Position numbers and translations under genes: made by a program
Source of the DNA: a virus
Lineage: Duplodnaviria > Caudoviricetes
Length of the DNA stretch: 64,000 nucleotides
Virus record (IMG/VR): IMGVR_UViG_3300043812_000016
Coordinates: 64,001-128,000 of that record
Reading direction: 5' to 3' (one strand)
Shown here: piece after piece, positions 47,304 to 59,506 of the stretch
Numbering within the stretch: the first letter of the stretch is position 1
Layout of the letters: each line of letters begins with the position of its first letter
Notes under the pieces: model-generated
What the model was told of the DNA's origin: nothing
Seen by the model: only the letters and a program-made list of their open reading frames with translations
Databases searched by the model: none

Positions 47304-50300
47304 ATGGCAGGAACAATTGATGATAGCCAACAACCTTATGGAAACCACTTTAACCTCTCTAAGAGATTTTCTAAGGTTTTATTCCGCCCCGGAAGACCCG
47401 CACTGAGTTCAGAGTTGCTTGAATTGCAAAGTATTCAAAACAATCAACTAGAAATGCTAGGCGATTCTCTTTTCAAGAAGGGGCTATTATTTCTGGTATG
47501 GAAATTATTCCAAAACCAGACCGAACAACAGCAGATACTAAGATGCCAAACTCATTCTCAGTAGCTAGTTTGTTTGCTAATAATTCTAAATATTCAACAG
47601 GTGGCTATGTTCGAGATGGTAGAATTACGGTAACAACGGAGGGTAACTTACCTACTGATGTTCCGTCTATTGACTTTACTGGTAATGTTACTCAGGGGTT
47701 AGGTGTAGTAGTAAGTTTTACTATTAGTAAGAACTCTGGTAATTTAAATAAGATTAATTTAGTGGGTGACGACAGTAAGTTAGAATTAATTAGTTGGACG
47801 GTAGATGGGAATACTATTAGTTCTGATATTAATGATTTAGCTAATGCTTCTGCTTTAGTTTTGACTAATGGAAACCAAGTTAACCTTAATGATGGCTCAC
47901 ATAAGTTTGTTGTTAAGTACCGTACAAAAGCCTCTGGTTCTGTTAGCTTTAAACTTGCAATTAATGCTGGTTACGATCCAACTTCTAATACTGCTGAAGT
48001 TAATATTGATAAGCTTTATATTGAAGACGGTAATGAAGCTACCGATTGGAAGATTAACTCTAAAGACTCTGGTACTGCTTCTGATACTGAACGAATTAAA
48101 GATTATACTGTAAGGTCTGGTCGGGTTTACCTAAATGGTGCTGTTCGAGAATTTGACCAACAAGACTTTTCTATTAAGGGAACAGGTCGAGAAGAAATTG
48201 GTTTAAGACTCGATGAAAATATTGTTACAGCTAGTGATGACCCCTCCCTTACTTGATGATACTCCCGGTGCAGTAACTAAGGGTGAGGCTGGAGCAGATC
48301 GACTTCATTATAATGTTGCTCTTACCTATCAAGATGCCAGTGCTACACCTTTTGTAGTATTCCAAGATAACGTTCTTAATCAAAGAGCAATTAAACCAGA
48401 TTACTCTAACCTAGAACCAATTTTAGCTAAACGTACCTATGACCAATCTGGTTCTTTCCGTTCTTATGGTTTTGAAGCTCACTTGAGAAAGAATCCAGAT
48501 CCGTCTAAAGGGCGCACAAGATCCGACAGACGCAAACAAGATTTTGCTCGATATTGATGCCGGACAAGCTTATGTACAAGGTTATAGTATCTCTACTTCT
48601 GAACCTACTACAATTAAGCTGGACGTTGCTAATCAATTAGGTACTGCAACTAACGAAGGTTTCTACTATCGTGGCGATGGCTCAAATTACCAATTAATTA
48701 ACCAACCGGTTAGAAAGGTTGCTGGGGTTACTTATACGTCACGTGAAACCATTAATCATGCACGTGGTGCGGGTAGTGACGTTAAGGATAACTTTACTAG
48801 CAAGAATGTTACTTATATCCGTAAAGTTTGGGATAATGCCCATGAATATGAGGAGGGAAAGCATTTCACCTATGTAGGGAATACTATTTACTGGGGTGTT
48901 GATCTTAAGGGTATTCCTCTTCCAAATGCTAATGACCTACCTACCCCCGGTCAAGGATATAACATTACTTATGACTATGCTACTAATGCTAAAGAAGGTA
49001 CCGATTACCGAGTAGTTGTACAAGATGGTGTTACTTCTATTGATATTGATAGTATGAAAGGTGCTAAGCCAGTTGCCAGTTCAACAATTAATGTTACTTA
49101 TAGCTACTTTACGGCTCGGATTGATATGATTAGAATTACAATGGATCAAGCAAATCCGTTTAAGGTTATTCCGGGACAAGCGGGACCTCTTAATTCTATT
49201 ACTCCTCCAGTAGTAAATGACCCATTAACGCTTGAACTTGGTTATGTATATATTGAGCCTAATTCACATAATGCTGTCTTTACTATGCAGACAATTACTC
49301 GTATTACTTTTGAGTCATTGCAACAATGGGGACACCGCTTAGATAATGCTGAGTACAACATGGCTCTTAATTATATGCAATCTGATGTCAAGCGTTCAGA
49401 AGACCCTGTAGTTCTAAAAGACGCTTTTGCTGATAGTTTCGCTACAATTGCTAACCGTGACGACAGTAATAGTAATGTTGCATATGACTTTGAAAATGGT
49501 GAAATTTCCATTCCAGCACAAGCTAAGGCAGACTTATCGCCTAACATGAACAAGGCTCTTTCTAATATTTCATTACATGGTAAGTTAGTTCGTCCACCTT
49601 ATCATGAAGTTGAGGCACTTAGTCAATCTATTGCCACTGGTGCTATTAATATTAATGAGTTTAATATTTTTTCTGCTAATGGTAATTTAACTATTGATCC
49701 TGCTGTTGATAATTGGATTGATAGTAAGACCACTACTGACTTTAAGCGTGTTGATAAGGGTACGATTAACATGGATAAGTGGTGGAGACACATGAGTGAT
49801 ACTAGCAGGGGCTGGTATAATGATGGTCGTACTGCACAGGAACACGCCATTGACCAAGCGGGTCAAGAGTTAATGCGTTATGGTGGGCTTAATGGAGTTG
49901 TGGATACTGGTGCTGGTAATACTTTAGGTCAAACTGGTTGGATGATTGGTGATGGTGGTACTTCTACTACGGACTCATTAGTCGAATACATGAGATCTAA
50001 GAAGATTACTTTTAAGGCTACTAACTTTAGACCTATAACTGATGGTTACACAATTACGATTGATGGTACTCCAGTTCAAGAACCTACCCCCGAAAACGAC
50101 AACTATAAAGGAGCTAAGGCTAATACCTTCAAGACTGATTCTAAAGGTGAAATTCATGGTACCTTTGTAATTCCGGGTGGATCTATTCGTTGTGGTACTC
50201 GTGTAGTTAAGATTGTTAATAATAGTGGTGATGTAGCCTCTACAAACTACACTGCTAATGGTACACTTAGAACAACTACTAACGTTATTGAAAAACAAAC

Positions 50301-51816
50301 TTATACTGTTAACCTTTGGGATCCGCTGGCTCAATCATTCTACCTACAAGAAACTAGACAGTTATCATCTATTGACCTGTACTTTATGACTAAGCCTGCT
50401 AGTGCTAATAGTAATGAAACTCATAGACCACAATTAATTGTTCAAATTCGGGAATTAGGAGATACTCAATACCCTAACCGGGTAGTTAGAGCAGAACAAT
50501 ACCTAGATCCAGAAGAAATTCATATTAGTAATGACGGTAGTGTTGCAACTCGAATTACTTTTGATGATCCAGTTACTCTTAAAGCTAACGAAGGTTATGC
50601 TGTTGTTCTTATTTCGGATAGTAATGAATATACTGTCTTTAAGGCTACTAAGGGTGAAACTGTTATGAGCGCTGGTAAGTCTGAAACTGGTTACAACACT
50701 AACTATCAAGCTATCTATAACGATGATCCACAAGCAACGGGTCAAAACTTCACTATTACATCTACTGTGTCTGCTAACGTGGGTGATGTTTTAGGTAAAG
50801 CGCCTAACTCAAATGGTGACCTATTCATTTCTAACAATGGTATGACTTGGACTGCTGATGGTGCTTCTAGTTTGAAGTTCCGGGTTAATGTAGCTGAATT
50901 CTTAGATAATGGTCAAGTTGTTTTTGACCCAATTATTATGTCTGACTTTAACCAATCTGCTAATACAGTTTGGGATAAAGAAACTGATATGGGGCCTAAT
51001 ATGGACTACAAGGAAACAACCCCTAACACCTATCTTTCATATATTGACCGTTTAGCTACTTTGACTAACTTCTTAACTTATCAAAACACTGCTATGCACT
51101 GGTATATGAAGCTAGTTCAGCAATCAGATGTTAATACCGAAGGTAGCAATAATTTAACTACTATATTGGATAATGCACAATGGAAACCATTAGTGGTTAA
51201 TAATAACAATAAAGTGGTATCTGTTCCGGGAACTACTACTACGTCCGTACCTAAGATTACAACAAGTAATAATCCACAACAACTTGACGGTGAACTTGCC
51301 CTATTCCAAAATACTTATGCTATTCAGTTAATGGCTGAGTTTACTACTGATAGATACATTGCTCCTATCTTAACTACTGAGTCGTTAAGTTTAGCTTCTA
51401 TCCTTACAGGTACTAAAGCTCATTATGAATCTATTAACTTAGATGAGTCTGGTGATGCCGCCTTTAACAAGGTTAAGATTCAATATGATGCCTACATTCC
51501 TAATCCGGGGACAGAGGAGTCTTATGTATTACCTATGTATTCGGTAGATGGTGGTAATACTTGGTATAATTTCCCAGAGGACGGTGGAAAGAGTACAACT
51601 CTAAATAAGGACGCTTCTAGTGGTTCTAAACCAACCTCAACTAAGCAAGTTAGTCCTTACTTTACTCGTTATATCTTCCAAGCAACTGTTCCTAATGCAA
51701 CGGATCAACATCATTTAGCTACTCAGTTTAAGGTTCGTCTTAACCTTCATGCTTCTAGCAACTTCAGAAGTCCGAAAGTAAGAAAGCTCAGTGGTGTATT
51801 TAAGTACGATGTATAG
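47304..51816 (+). CDS. Adsorption-associated tail/baseplate protein (DUF4815-like); three apparent frameshifts near 47472, 48247 and 48511
   Basis: PY...F...KRFSKVLFRPGRP....EL.ELQSI, GADRL, LAKRTYDQSGSF and DPLAQSF motifs are spread over four consecutive ORFs, totalling about 1500 aa. Confidence 0.8.
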
Positions 51817-51858
51817 CCTTTCTTTGGATAACGTTACACGTAATTAAATAATAAATTA

Positions 51859-51892
51859 GAAAGTACTTAGTTTAATTACTAGGTACTTTTTC
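51859..51892 (+). terminator. Terminator
   Basis: AAAGTACTTAGT-ttaatt-ACTAGGTACTTT followed by Ts. Confidence 0.8.
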
Positions 51893-51972
51893 TTTACCTT
51901 AAATATCCTATATTAGAACTAGCACAGATTAGATTTACCTGACTTGACTGATAATCAGAGAGGAAGAATAGA

Positions 51973-52452
51973 ATGCACGATTTACTGATGGCAATTGCGA
52001 TTGCATTAATTCCAGTTGTAATGGGCTGGATTGGTCAACAACTGATTAATAATCATAAGCTAGGGGAACAAGCATATAAGATTGAGAACCTAGTTAGCAT
52101 GGCAGTGGTAGAAGCTGAAAAGCTTGGCTTAACAAAACAACTTACTGGTAATGAGCAATTCCAATATGCTTTTAACTTTGTCAATAGCCAGCTTAAAGCT
52201 TTAGGTATTACAGACGTTGATGAAAGCTTAATTAAAGCACAAATTGAACGGTCTTGGTTTACCCAAAAAGATCGTTTAGAACAGGTTTATGGAAGTGTGA
52301 GCCAACCTACTACATCTACTGATCCTCGACAACTAAAAAGTGCTAACACTATGGTGGAAAAGCCAGCTCCAGCAGTACCAGAACAAGGAAAAGATAATAT
52401 CCAAGCAAGTCAACCAGCTACTAACCAAGTATCTGAAAATGGCGGAAAGTAG
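51973..52452 (+). CDS. Holin (LL-H-like family)
   Basis: N-terminal TM, then AVVEAEK.G...TG.EQF..A...V...L.......I.A.IE pattern. Confidence 0.72.
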   Translation: MHDLLMAIAIALIPVVMGWIGQQLINNHKLGEQAYKIENLVSMAVVEAEKLGLTKQLTGNEQFQYAFNFVNSQLKALGITDVDESLIKAQIERSWFTQKDRLEQVYGSVSQPTTSTDPRQLKSANTMVEKPAPAVPEQGKDNIQASQPATNQVSENGGK

Positions 52453-52804
52453 AGACAATAATCAGGGTAAATCTACTATGCAGGTAGATAACGATACAAT
52501 CTTTAACTTGTTAATGGAACTGAAATCCTCTAATGCGTCTATTCAAACTGAAATTAACTCATTAAATGAGAAGATAGATCAATCTAATCGTAAGTTTGAT
52601 GAGTTAAAGCAAGATTTTAATACTCGTATTGATAATGTGGAAGAGGATTCCACTAAAGCACGGGATAAGGCACAAGAAGCCCTAGAGAAGAGTAAACAGC
52701 TAGAAAAGGATAATCAGCAGAAGAACAATACATGGACTTTGATCTGGTTACCCATTTTGATTGCCTTTATTCCAACTATCTTAGGGCACATCCACTTACA
52801 ATAA
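52439..52804 (+). CDS. Coiled-coil protein with C-terminal TM (lysis-associated or XhlA-like)
   Basis: Heptad region followed by WTLIWLPILIAFIPTILG. Adjacent to the holin. Start uncertain (52439 or 52478). Confidence 0.55.
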   Translation: MAESRDNNQGKSTMQVDNDTIFNLLMELKSSNASIQTEINSLNEKIDQSNRKFDELKQDFNTRIDNVEEDSTKARDKAQEALEKSKQLEKDNQQKNNTWTLIWLPILIAFIPTILGHIHLQ

Positions 52805-52850
52805 AGGAGAGGTAAAATTATTGCCTCTCTTTTTATTTTTATCTTTTTAT

Positions 52851-52890
52851 ACAAAAACAGTTGAATATTTAACTAAAAGTGTTATAGTAG
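52851..52890 (+). promoter_or_regulatory. Degenerate third copy of the palindromic promoter, heading the replication module
   Basis: AAAAACAGTTGAATATTTAACTAAAAGTGTTATAGT, just after a terminator at 52805-52834. Confidence 0.65.
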
Positions 52891-52919
52891 AATTATCAAT
52901 AAAACGGGTTGGTGATGTA

Positions 52920-53664
52920 ATGTGTAATTATTTAAAAGAAGACTATGTATACTTGCTAGGACAAGCCTATGATTGTTTTAACTACACCTTAGCAGAAGAT
53001 AAGACAGCTATAGTAAATTATTTTGTTAAGTCTAATGAGTTAGATCAGCAGATTATGAATGATTTTTATGATTTAAGCTTAAAATTGCAAGAAAATCCCG
53101 TCTGGTTAATGTCTAGCGTTTTTGATTACTATTTATACCTTAATCGAAAACGTAAAACTATCCCGTTCATGCCTTTGGGTAACTTTAATCAAGAAATGAT
53201 TCTAAAGGCTTATGACGGAAAAGATAAATACCGAAAACTAACTAATAAAAACCTATATGTTACCTTAGACAACCTTTACTTAAAGGCTCTTAATATGCTA
53301 TTTAAAATTCCAATTAAGGAATTATATAGTGAAGAAAAGACTTATCTTAAAGAAAGAGTTTTTGACTATCGTAACACTTCTTATATTAGTGTTTCAATGG
53401 AAAAAGGTTAGAAGATTACTTCTAAAACGCTCTAATAAAACGTGGGATAATATGTTATTATTAGATGGTGTGGAGTATTTTGAACCAGTAATATTTTTGA
53501 TTTGTAAGGAGCCACATGAAGCCCTAAGTCATCATTTAGGAGTAACGGAATACAGCTATTACTATTATGGAATTAATAATGAAATAGAGCTTCGAGACCC
53601 AGATGAATTAAAGTATCTATTCAATGCTTACCATTATCTTAATCAGAGAGGATTAATAATTTAA
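52920..53664 (+). CDS. Hypothetical replication-region protein (apparent frameshift near 53401)
   Basis: Two overlapping ORFs join on removing one A in GGAAAAAGG. Confidence 0.55.
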
Positions 53665-55129
53665 TGGAATTAGATAGCCGTCAAAAAGAAGAGCAATTAT
53701 TAATAAGATCAATCCATAGTGCTCATACTGCTAAGAATGTATTGTCACGTAATGTGGGAGTGCTAATTAAAGATCCTACTTATAAACTAATTGCTGAAAC
53801 TGTAGTCCAATACTATGCAACTACAGACGAACCCTTAAGCCTAAATGCTCTTAACTTAAAAGTTGAAGAACGTCTAAAGAGACAAGCAGAAAGAAGTAAC
53901 ACTACTGTTCCAGACAATGTATTAAATGGTTTGTTTCAAACTACCTCTAATCTTATTAATGCAAAAGAGGATAATAATACAGTTGTTCTTACTGAGCTGG
54001 AAAATTATGTACATACTCAATTAGGTAATCAAGGCCATTATTGAAGAAGCTACTAAAGGATCCGATCATATTTCGGAGCGGGTAGAAAAGCGAATGGCTA
54101 AAATTAATGAAATTAAGCTTACTGGAACAGATTACGAAGTTATCGATATTTTTAAAGACCTAGCCCGTAAGGAAGCTATCTATGATGAGTTTGGTAATCG
54201 TAAGCTGTATTCTGGTCTAAAACCATTAGATGTTGTTACTGGTGGGGGATTAGAAACAGGACAAATCGCAGTTATTAATGCTCCTTCTGGACGGGGTAAA
54301 AGTAGTTTCTTATCCAATCTTACTTATTACTATTCAATGGTTGCTCACCATAATGTTTTACATATTACACTAGAAGAATTAAATACCGATCAGATTTTAC
54401 GTTTTGACCGGATTATTACTAATTCTGATATACATGATGTATTTACTCCCTGATGGTGGAATCAGAGAAGACTATAAGGAACGAGTTCATAACTACTACA
54501 GTAAAGTAAATGAAAATCAGATGGTAGGGAATGTTTATTATGCAAAGTCTACCCCATTAACATGGACAGTAGATGACGTGAGACAGGTAATTAATAAGGT
54601 AGAGCGGGAAAAACAAACTAAGATTGAGGTAGTTATCCTTGACTATGCTGATTTGCTTATTAAGAAACAATATTCTGACAATGAAGCACAAGCGGGAGAA
54701 TTGCTTTACCAAGATTTAGTTCGCCTAGCTCAAGAAACAGATACTCTAATCTTTACTGCTTCTCAGCTTAATCGTGGTTCGGGGATTGCTGAAATTAAGA
54801 CCATGGAAAATGTGGAAGGTTCATATCGTAAGAAGAACACAATTGCCTTCGGTGCTACTTTGAACTCAACACCAGAGGAATATAAGAAAGGTTACATTAG
54901 ACTTTATTTAGATAAGGTTCGTAATAACTTTGGTTTTGATGATAACTTTATGTACTTACATTATGACTTAAAGTCTATGCGTCTGCACCCCGAGTCAAAA
55001 GATGAACAAGCAGATCACTTAGCTACTTTAGATGAATCAAATACAACCCATTCACGTCCTAGTAATAAAATAGATAAAAACGCAGAATTAATTCAAACGA
55101 TTAATGATGCTATTAGCCCTAATAAATAA
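53664..55129 (+). CDS. DnaB-like replicative helicase (apparent frameshifts near 54033 and 54449)
   Basis: Walker A APSGRGKS, HITLEE, ILDYADL, TASQLNR and LDKVRN motifs across three ORFs. Confidence 0.88.
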
Positions 55130-55147
55130 ATAAAAGGAAGTATAATA

Positions 55148-57041
55148 ATGAGGATAAAAACAATTGAAGCTCAAAATTTTCGTAGTTTTAGCCACTTTAA
55201 GCTCGAACTAAATGATCTAGGATTAACTCTGCTTAATGGTCAAAACACTGGTATTGATAGTGAGAGGACAAATGGATCTGGAAAAAGTTCGATTATCTAT
55301 GCGATGATTTATGCTCTTTATGGTGAAACTCCAGACGGTGCTAAAAGTGATGAAGTGATTAAGAATGACGTAGGTAAGAATTGTTTTGCTAAAGTAGTAT
55401 TTACCCATTTTGGTCATGAATATGAGATTACTCGTTACCGTAAGGATAAAGAATTTAAGAATAAGGTAATCATGTATCGAGACGGTAAAGACGTTACTCT
55501 ATCGACTAATAAGGAAACGGATAAGGAGATTGTAGCTACTTTAGGTTTTGGCTTTGATACTTTACTTAACTCTGTTATTTTTAGTCCTGAAAAGCTTAAT
55601 ACATTCATTAGTGCTACAGATAAGCACCGTAAGGAGATTTTAGAAGAACTTACTAATACTAATATTTATAAGCAAGCGTTACAGTTGGTTAAAGAAGATA
55701 GCAAAGAATCTTCTAGCAAGCTCGTAGAGGACAAAAAAGAACTAGAACGACTAGATACATTAATGGATAGCCAAACAGCCTTACAACGTCAGTATGAGCA
55801 ATCTGTGGCTATGCAAAAGCAACAGGCTGATAATCTTGAAAATCAAATTAGTTTAAGAAAAGCTAAGCTAGATTCGCTTAACTACAATCCAACAATTCAT
55901 GAGTCTGTTAAAACAGAATATAACACTTATCAACAACAGGTATCAGCTTTTAACTTTACACATAGTAATGAATATGCTAATAAGCTCCAAACTGCACAGG
56001 CTCAACAAAAGAATATTGAATTACAGCAGGAAAATATTAAGAAACAGCTTACTGACTTATCTGCTCAATATAAGCAATTGCAAAACTCAGAGAATGCAGT
56101 ATGTAATTGGTGTGGAAATGTATTAGATGCAGAACATAAGCAATTAGAGCTAAACAATATGAATAAGAAAGCTAATGAGCTTATGACCTCGTATAAGGCT
56201 CTCTCACCTCGTCTAAGCGCTCTTAGCCAAGACGTGGATAATTATGCTAAACTCGCTAAAGAAGAGCAGGAACAGGCTTCTAAGCAACAGGAACAGTACC
56301 GTAAGCTAACCAATGCTCTTAATGTGGCTCAACAAAAGCTCAATGAGCAAGAAAATCTAGTAACTGAAATTAATCGTCTTAATAATGACATCAACCAGTT
56401 AAAGACTGAACTAGAGCAAGCACAGACACCAATTGAAAAGCCAAAGCAATTAGATACTGCTGGAATTGAAAAACAGATTAAGGAAACAGAAGTAGACCTA
56501 TACAAGCAACAATCAGCCCAAGAGGATTTTGAAAAGCTTACTAAGGTTTATTCAGATCGAGGTGTTAAAGCTCAAGCCTTATCTTTAGTTATTCCTTATC
56601 TTAACGATCAATTAGAAAAGATCTTAAAAGTATTGACTAATAATACAATGACCTGTAGCTCTTAATAATAAGACTACTACTAAGTCTGGTAAGGTTAATG
56701 AACAAATTAGCCTAGACGTTGACTCTAGTGTTTCTGGTAGTAATTATCAAGATTTATCTTCTGGTGAAAAGCGCCGAATTGGGATCGCTCTTAACCTTGC
56801 TTTTATGAACTATCTTAAATCACAAATTGGTGGACTTAATTTAGTGGTATTTGATGAGGTGTTTGATTCATTAGATAAGGCGGGGATTGATAGCGTTATT
56901 AATGTATTAAGTGACTTAAAGCAAAGCGTAGGTAATATTATTATTGTTTCTCATAATGATGATATGAAGTTTAATGATAATATTGATAATCAATTATTAG
57001 TTAAAAAGGTTGACAACACTTCGAAACTAGTTAATAATTAA
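55148..57041 (+). CDS. SbcC/Rad50/gp46-like recombination ATPase (apparent frameshift near 56652)
   Basis: NFRSF, NGSGKSS, CNWC zinc hook in the coiled coil, LSSGEKRR signature and VVFDEVFDSLD...VSH in the continuing frame. Confidence 0.9.
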
Positions 57042-57124
57042 TCTTTTAAAGGTTACTTGACCTCTTGTATCGAATGGGTTTAAAATAGACCTATACTTTG
57101 ATATAAGGGGTTTTTAGTTTATTA

Positions 57125-57749
57125 ATGCTCGATTTAGTAAATACTAACGGTCTTAAAATTAAGGCTACTAAAAAAGACGGACGGATTTATATTGTTGCAA
57201 AGTGCCAATCAAGCCAAGGCAATCTTGAGGTTGCCTATATTCCTGCTGAATATGGTATGTATTGGTATCCGTTGTCTTTTTATTTTGATTATTATTATGT
57301 ATCGATGTTCCATAATATTATGTTAAAGGTTGATCCAATTGCACCTAAGGATATTCAAGAGCGGTTTAAGGATAATCACCATTTCTTACATAATTATTAT
57401 GAATATAAAAAAGACGAACTCGGTACAGATAAATCTATGTATATGTTTAACCTAGGAATTACTACTAAGTTAAAGTCAATAGGTCTAAAGACTTGGGATG
57501 GTTTCTATACTTTACAAGATGTACAAAGAAACTACTTACTATTAAGCCAAACTTTAGACTGATATTGAACAAAAGATTATTAAACGAGAACATGAAGAGG
57601 GAGTTAACCCAAACGCCCTTGAGTCCAACCCAACAAAGTTTGCAACCAAAGAAGAAATGACAATGTTAAGTGATCTTGGAATGGGATTTAGAATGAACCA
57701 ATATCAAAGAAAGGTAGCTAAGATCATGTATGAAGATAACGTAAGATAG
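57125..57749 (+). CDS. Conserved protein between the exonuclease ATPase and primase, often labelled anti-sigma-like in K-like phages (apparent frameshift near 57558)
   Basis: WYPL motif and synteny. The +1 frame stays open from 57558 to TAG 57749, giving about 207 aa. Confidence 0.5.
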
Positions 57750-57757
57750 GTGAAATT

Positions 57758-58801
57758 ATGACTCGGGAACAACAAATTATTGTTAACTGTGTTAATGAAG
57801 ATTACCAAGAAACTGCAACGAGTGAAGTTCATTTAGATTGTCCTTTTTGTGGAGAGCATGATAAAAAGCTCTATATCTCTCCTAAAGGTCAATTTATCTG
57901 TTTTAAGTGTGAGTCTCGTGGTAACAGCCCAATCAGCTTTTTTATGCAATATTATGATGTTTCCTATAAAGAAGCTAGTGATATGTTAAAAGATGAAGAC
58001 TTTGCTATTCCTAAAGTAGAGCCGGTTGATAACGAAACACTTTTAAGTCGCTTAGTTGCTCTTAACACTAAAGTAGAAAAGCAAAAACAAGCAGGAAAAA
58101 AGTGTCCTGCTTTTCCTACTAATACTAAGCTATTAAGAGATAATCTTAATAATCCCGAGTCTTATCCCTATTTATGGTATCTTAAAAATCGTGGAATTAC
58201 ATTACAACAAATATATAAATATAATCTAGGGTATCTTACCTCCGGTACTATCAAAACCCAAGATAAGGATATGACTATTAGTAATAGTATTATCTTCCCA
58301 ACTTATGGTCTTAATAATGATGTTATTTATTGGAGTACTAGAAGTATTGAACCTAATCCATTTATCAAGTCTTTTAATGCACTGGCTAAGGACAATGAAT
58401 ATTCTAGGAAAGATGTTGTTTTTAATCTTAATCATGTAAAAGACAAAATGGTTATCTGCGAAGGTATTTTTAATGCAATTAGTTCGACTGTAGCTGATTA
58501 TGTAGGAGTTGCTACTTTAGGTAAGGCAATTACAGATGACCAGATTAATCTCATGCTTAAAGCTAACCCTAAGTACTTTTATGTATTTTTAGATAATGAT
58601 GCTATGAAAGAAGAAATTAAGTTAATAGATCGACTAAAGCAAAGAATTAGCCTAGACCGGATATATTTAGTTGTAAATCCCTATAAAGATAAAGATGCTA
58701 ATGATTTAGGTAGTACAATAGTTAAAGAATTGTTAGACAAGGCTCAACCTGTTAATCTACAATCATTACTGTATCTAGTAAGAGGTGAGAAAAGAAAATG
58801 A
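57758..58801 (+). CDS. DNA primase
   Basis: CPFC...CFKC zinc finger, YLKNRGI, TOPRIM ICEGIFNA...FLDND...KDAND. Confidence 0.92.
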   Translation: MTREQQIIVNCVNEDYQETATSEVHLDCPFCGEHDKKLYISPKGQFICFKCESRGNSPISFFMQYYDVSYKEASDMLKDEDFAIPKVEPVDNETLLSRLVALNTKVEKQKQAGKKCPAFPTNTKLLRDNLNNPESYPYLWYLKNRGITLQQIYKYNLGYLTSGTIKTQDKDMTISNSIIFPTYGLNNDVIYWSTRSIEPNPFIKSFNALAKDNEYSRKDVVFNLNHVKDKMVICEGIFNAISSTVADYVGVATLGKAITDDQINLMLKANPKYFYVFLDNDAMKEEIKLIDRLKQRISLDRIYLVVNPYKDKDANDLGSTIVKELLDKAQPVNLQSLLYLVRGEKRK

Positions 58802-59148
58802 AAAGAGACTTACCGGACGTAAGAAATTTAAGCACTTTAAGCTTTCAAGATTATATCCGGTTAATGGAATTAGTTAAGCATGATGGTAAGCTACCAACAG
58901 AAACAGTTACTCAGCATAATAATGACCCTGTTTCCTATAAGGAAGCCTATGAAGCATTAAAAGATTTAGCTAATAAAGTAACGGGTGAGGCCCAGCAAGC
59001 TAATAACTATACTGCGGACTTGTTTTCTAGTCTAGCTACCTTATTAGTTAAAAAACATATTATTAGTGAAAAAGAATTAAATGAAGTAAGCAGAATTGCT
59101 CAACAAATTTGGGAGGAAGAAAATAATGGTAAAATCAGCTCTAAGTAA
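58798..59148 (+). CDS. Hypothetical protein
   Basis: ATGA overlap with primase. Confidence 0.65.
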   Translation: MKRDLPDVRNLSTLSFQDYIRLMELVKHDGKLPTETVTQHNNDPVSYKEAYEALKDLANKVTGEAQQANNYTADLFSSLATLLVKKHIISEKELNEVSRIAQQIWEEENNGKISSK

Positions 59149-59506
59149 AGTACAAATTCTAAATGCAATTAAGGTTCATAAACAACTACCAATGCCAATG
59201 ACTAAGTTAGAACAGACTAGTGCTGAAACCTTGCTCAAGAAGCGTTTAACAATGGAAGAAGTATTAGATGTAATCGATCTTGTTAATTCACCACTTAGTC
59301 AACAATTATCTGCAATTAATCAACGGGCTAGTTTAACTGCAATTGCGTTAGATAAGTCAATGCAAAAGAATGGCTTAGATGAAAAGACAATTGATAAGAT
59401 CTGGGCGGATGCTCATAAGGAATTGGATAAGGCTAACCGTAAAGCTAGTGAAAAGATGCAGGAATCATTCAAGCAACAAGTAGCAGACTTAAAGGAAGGT
59501 AAGTAA
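59126..59506 (+). CDS. Hypothetical protein
   Basis: RBS GGAGG before ATG 59126. Confidence 0.65.
   Translation: MVKSALSKVQILNAIKVHKQLPMPMTKLEQTSAETLLKKRLTMEEVLDVIDLVNSPLSQQLSAINQRASLTAIALDKSMQKNGLDEKTIDKIWADAHKELDKANRKASEKMQESFKQQVADLKEGK

Noticed and set aside
16700-57560. Treating the split tape measure, baseplate, helicase and ATPase genes as programmed frameshifts or true pseudogenes
   Set aside because: There are too many breaks, they lack canonical slippery heptamers, the genes are essential and they show no other decay. Assembly error is more parsimonious.
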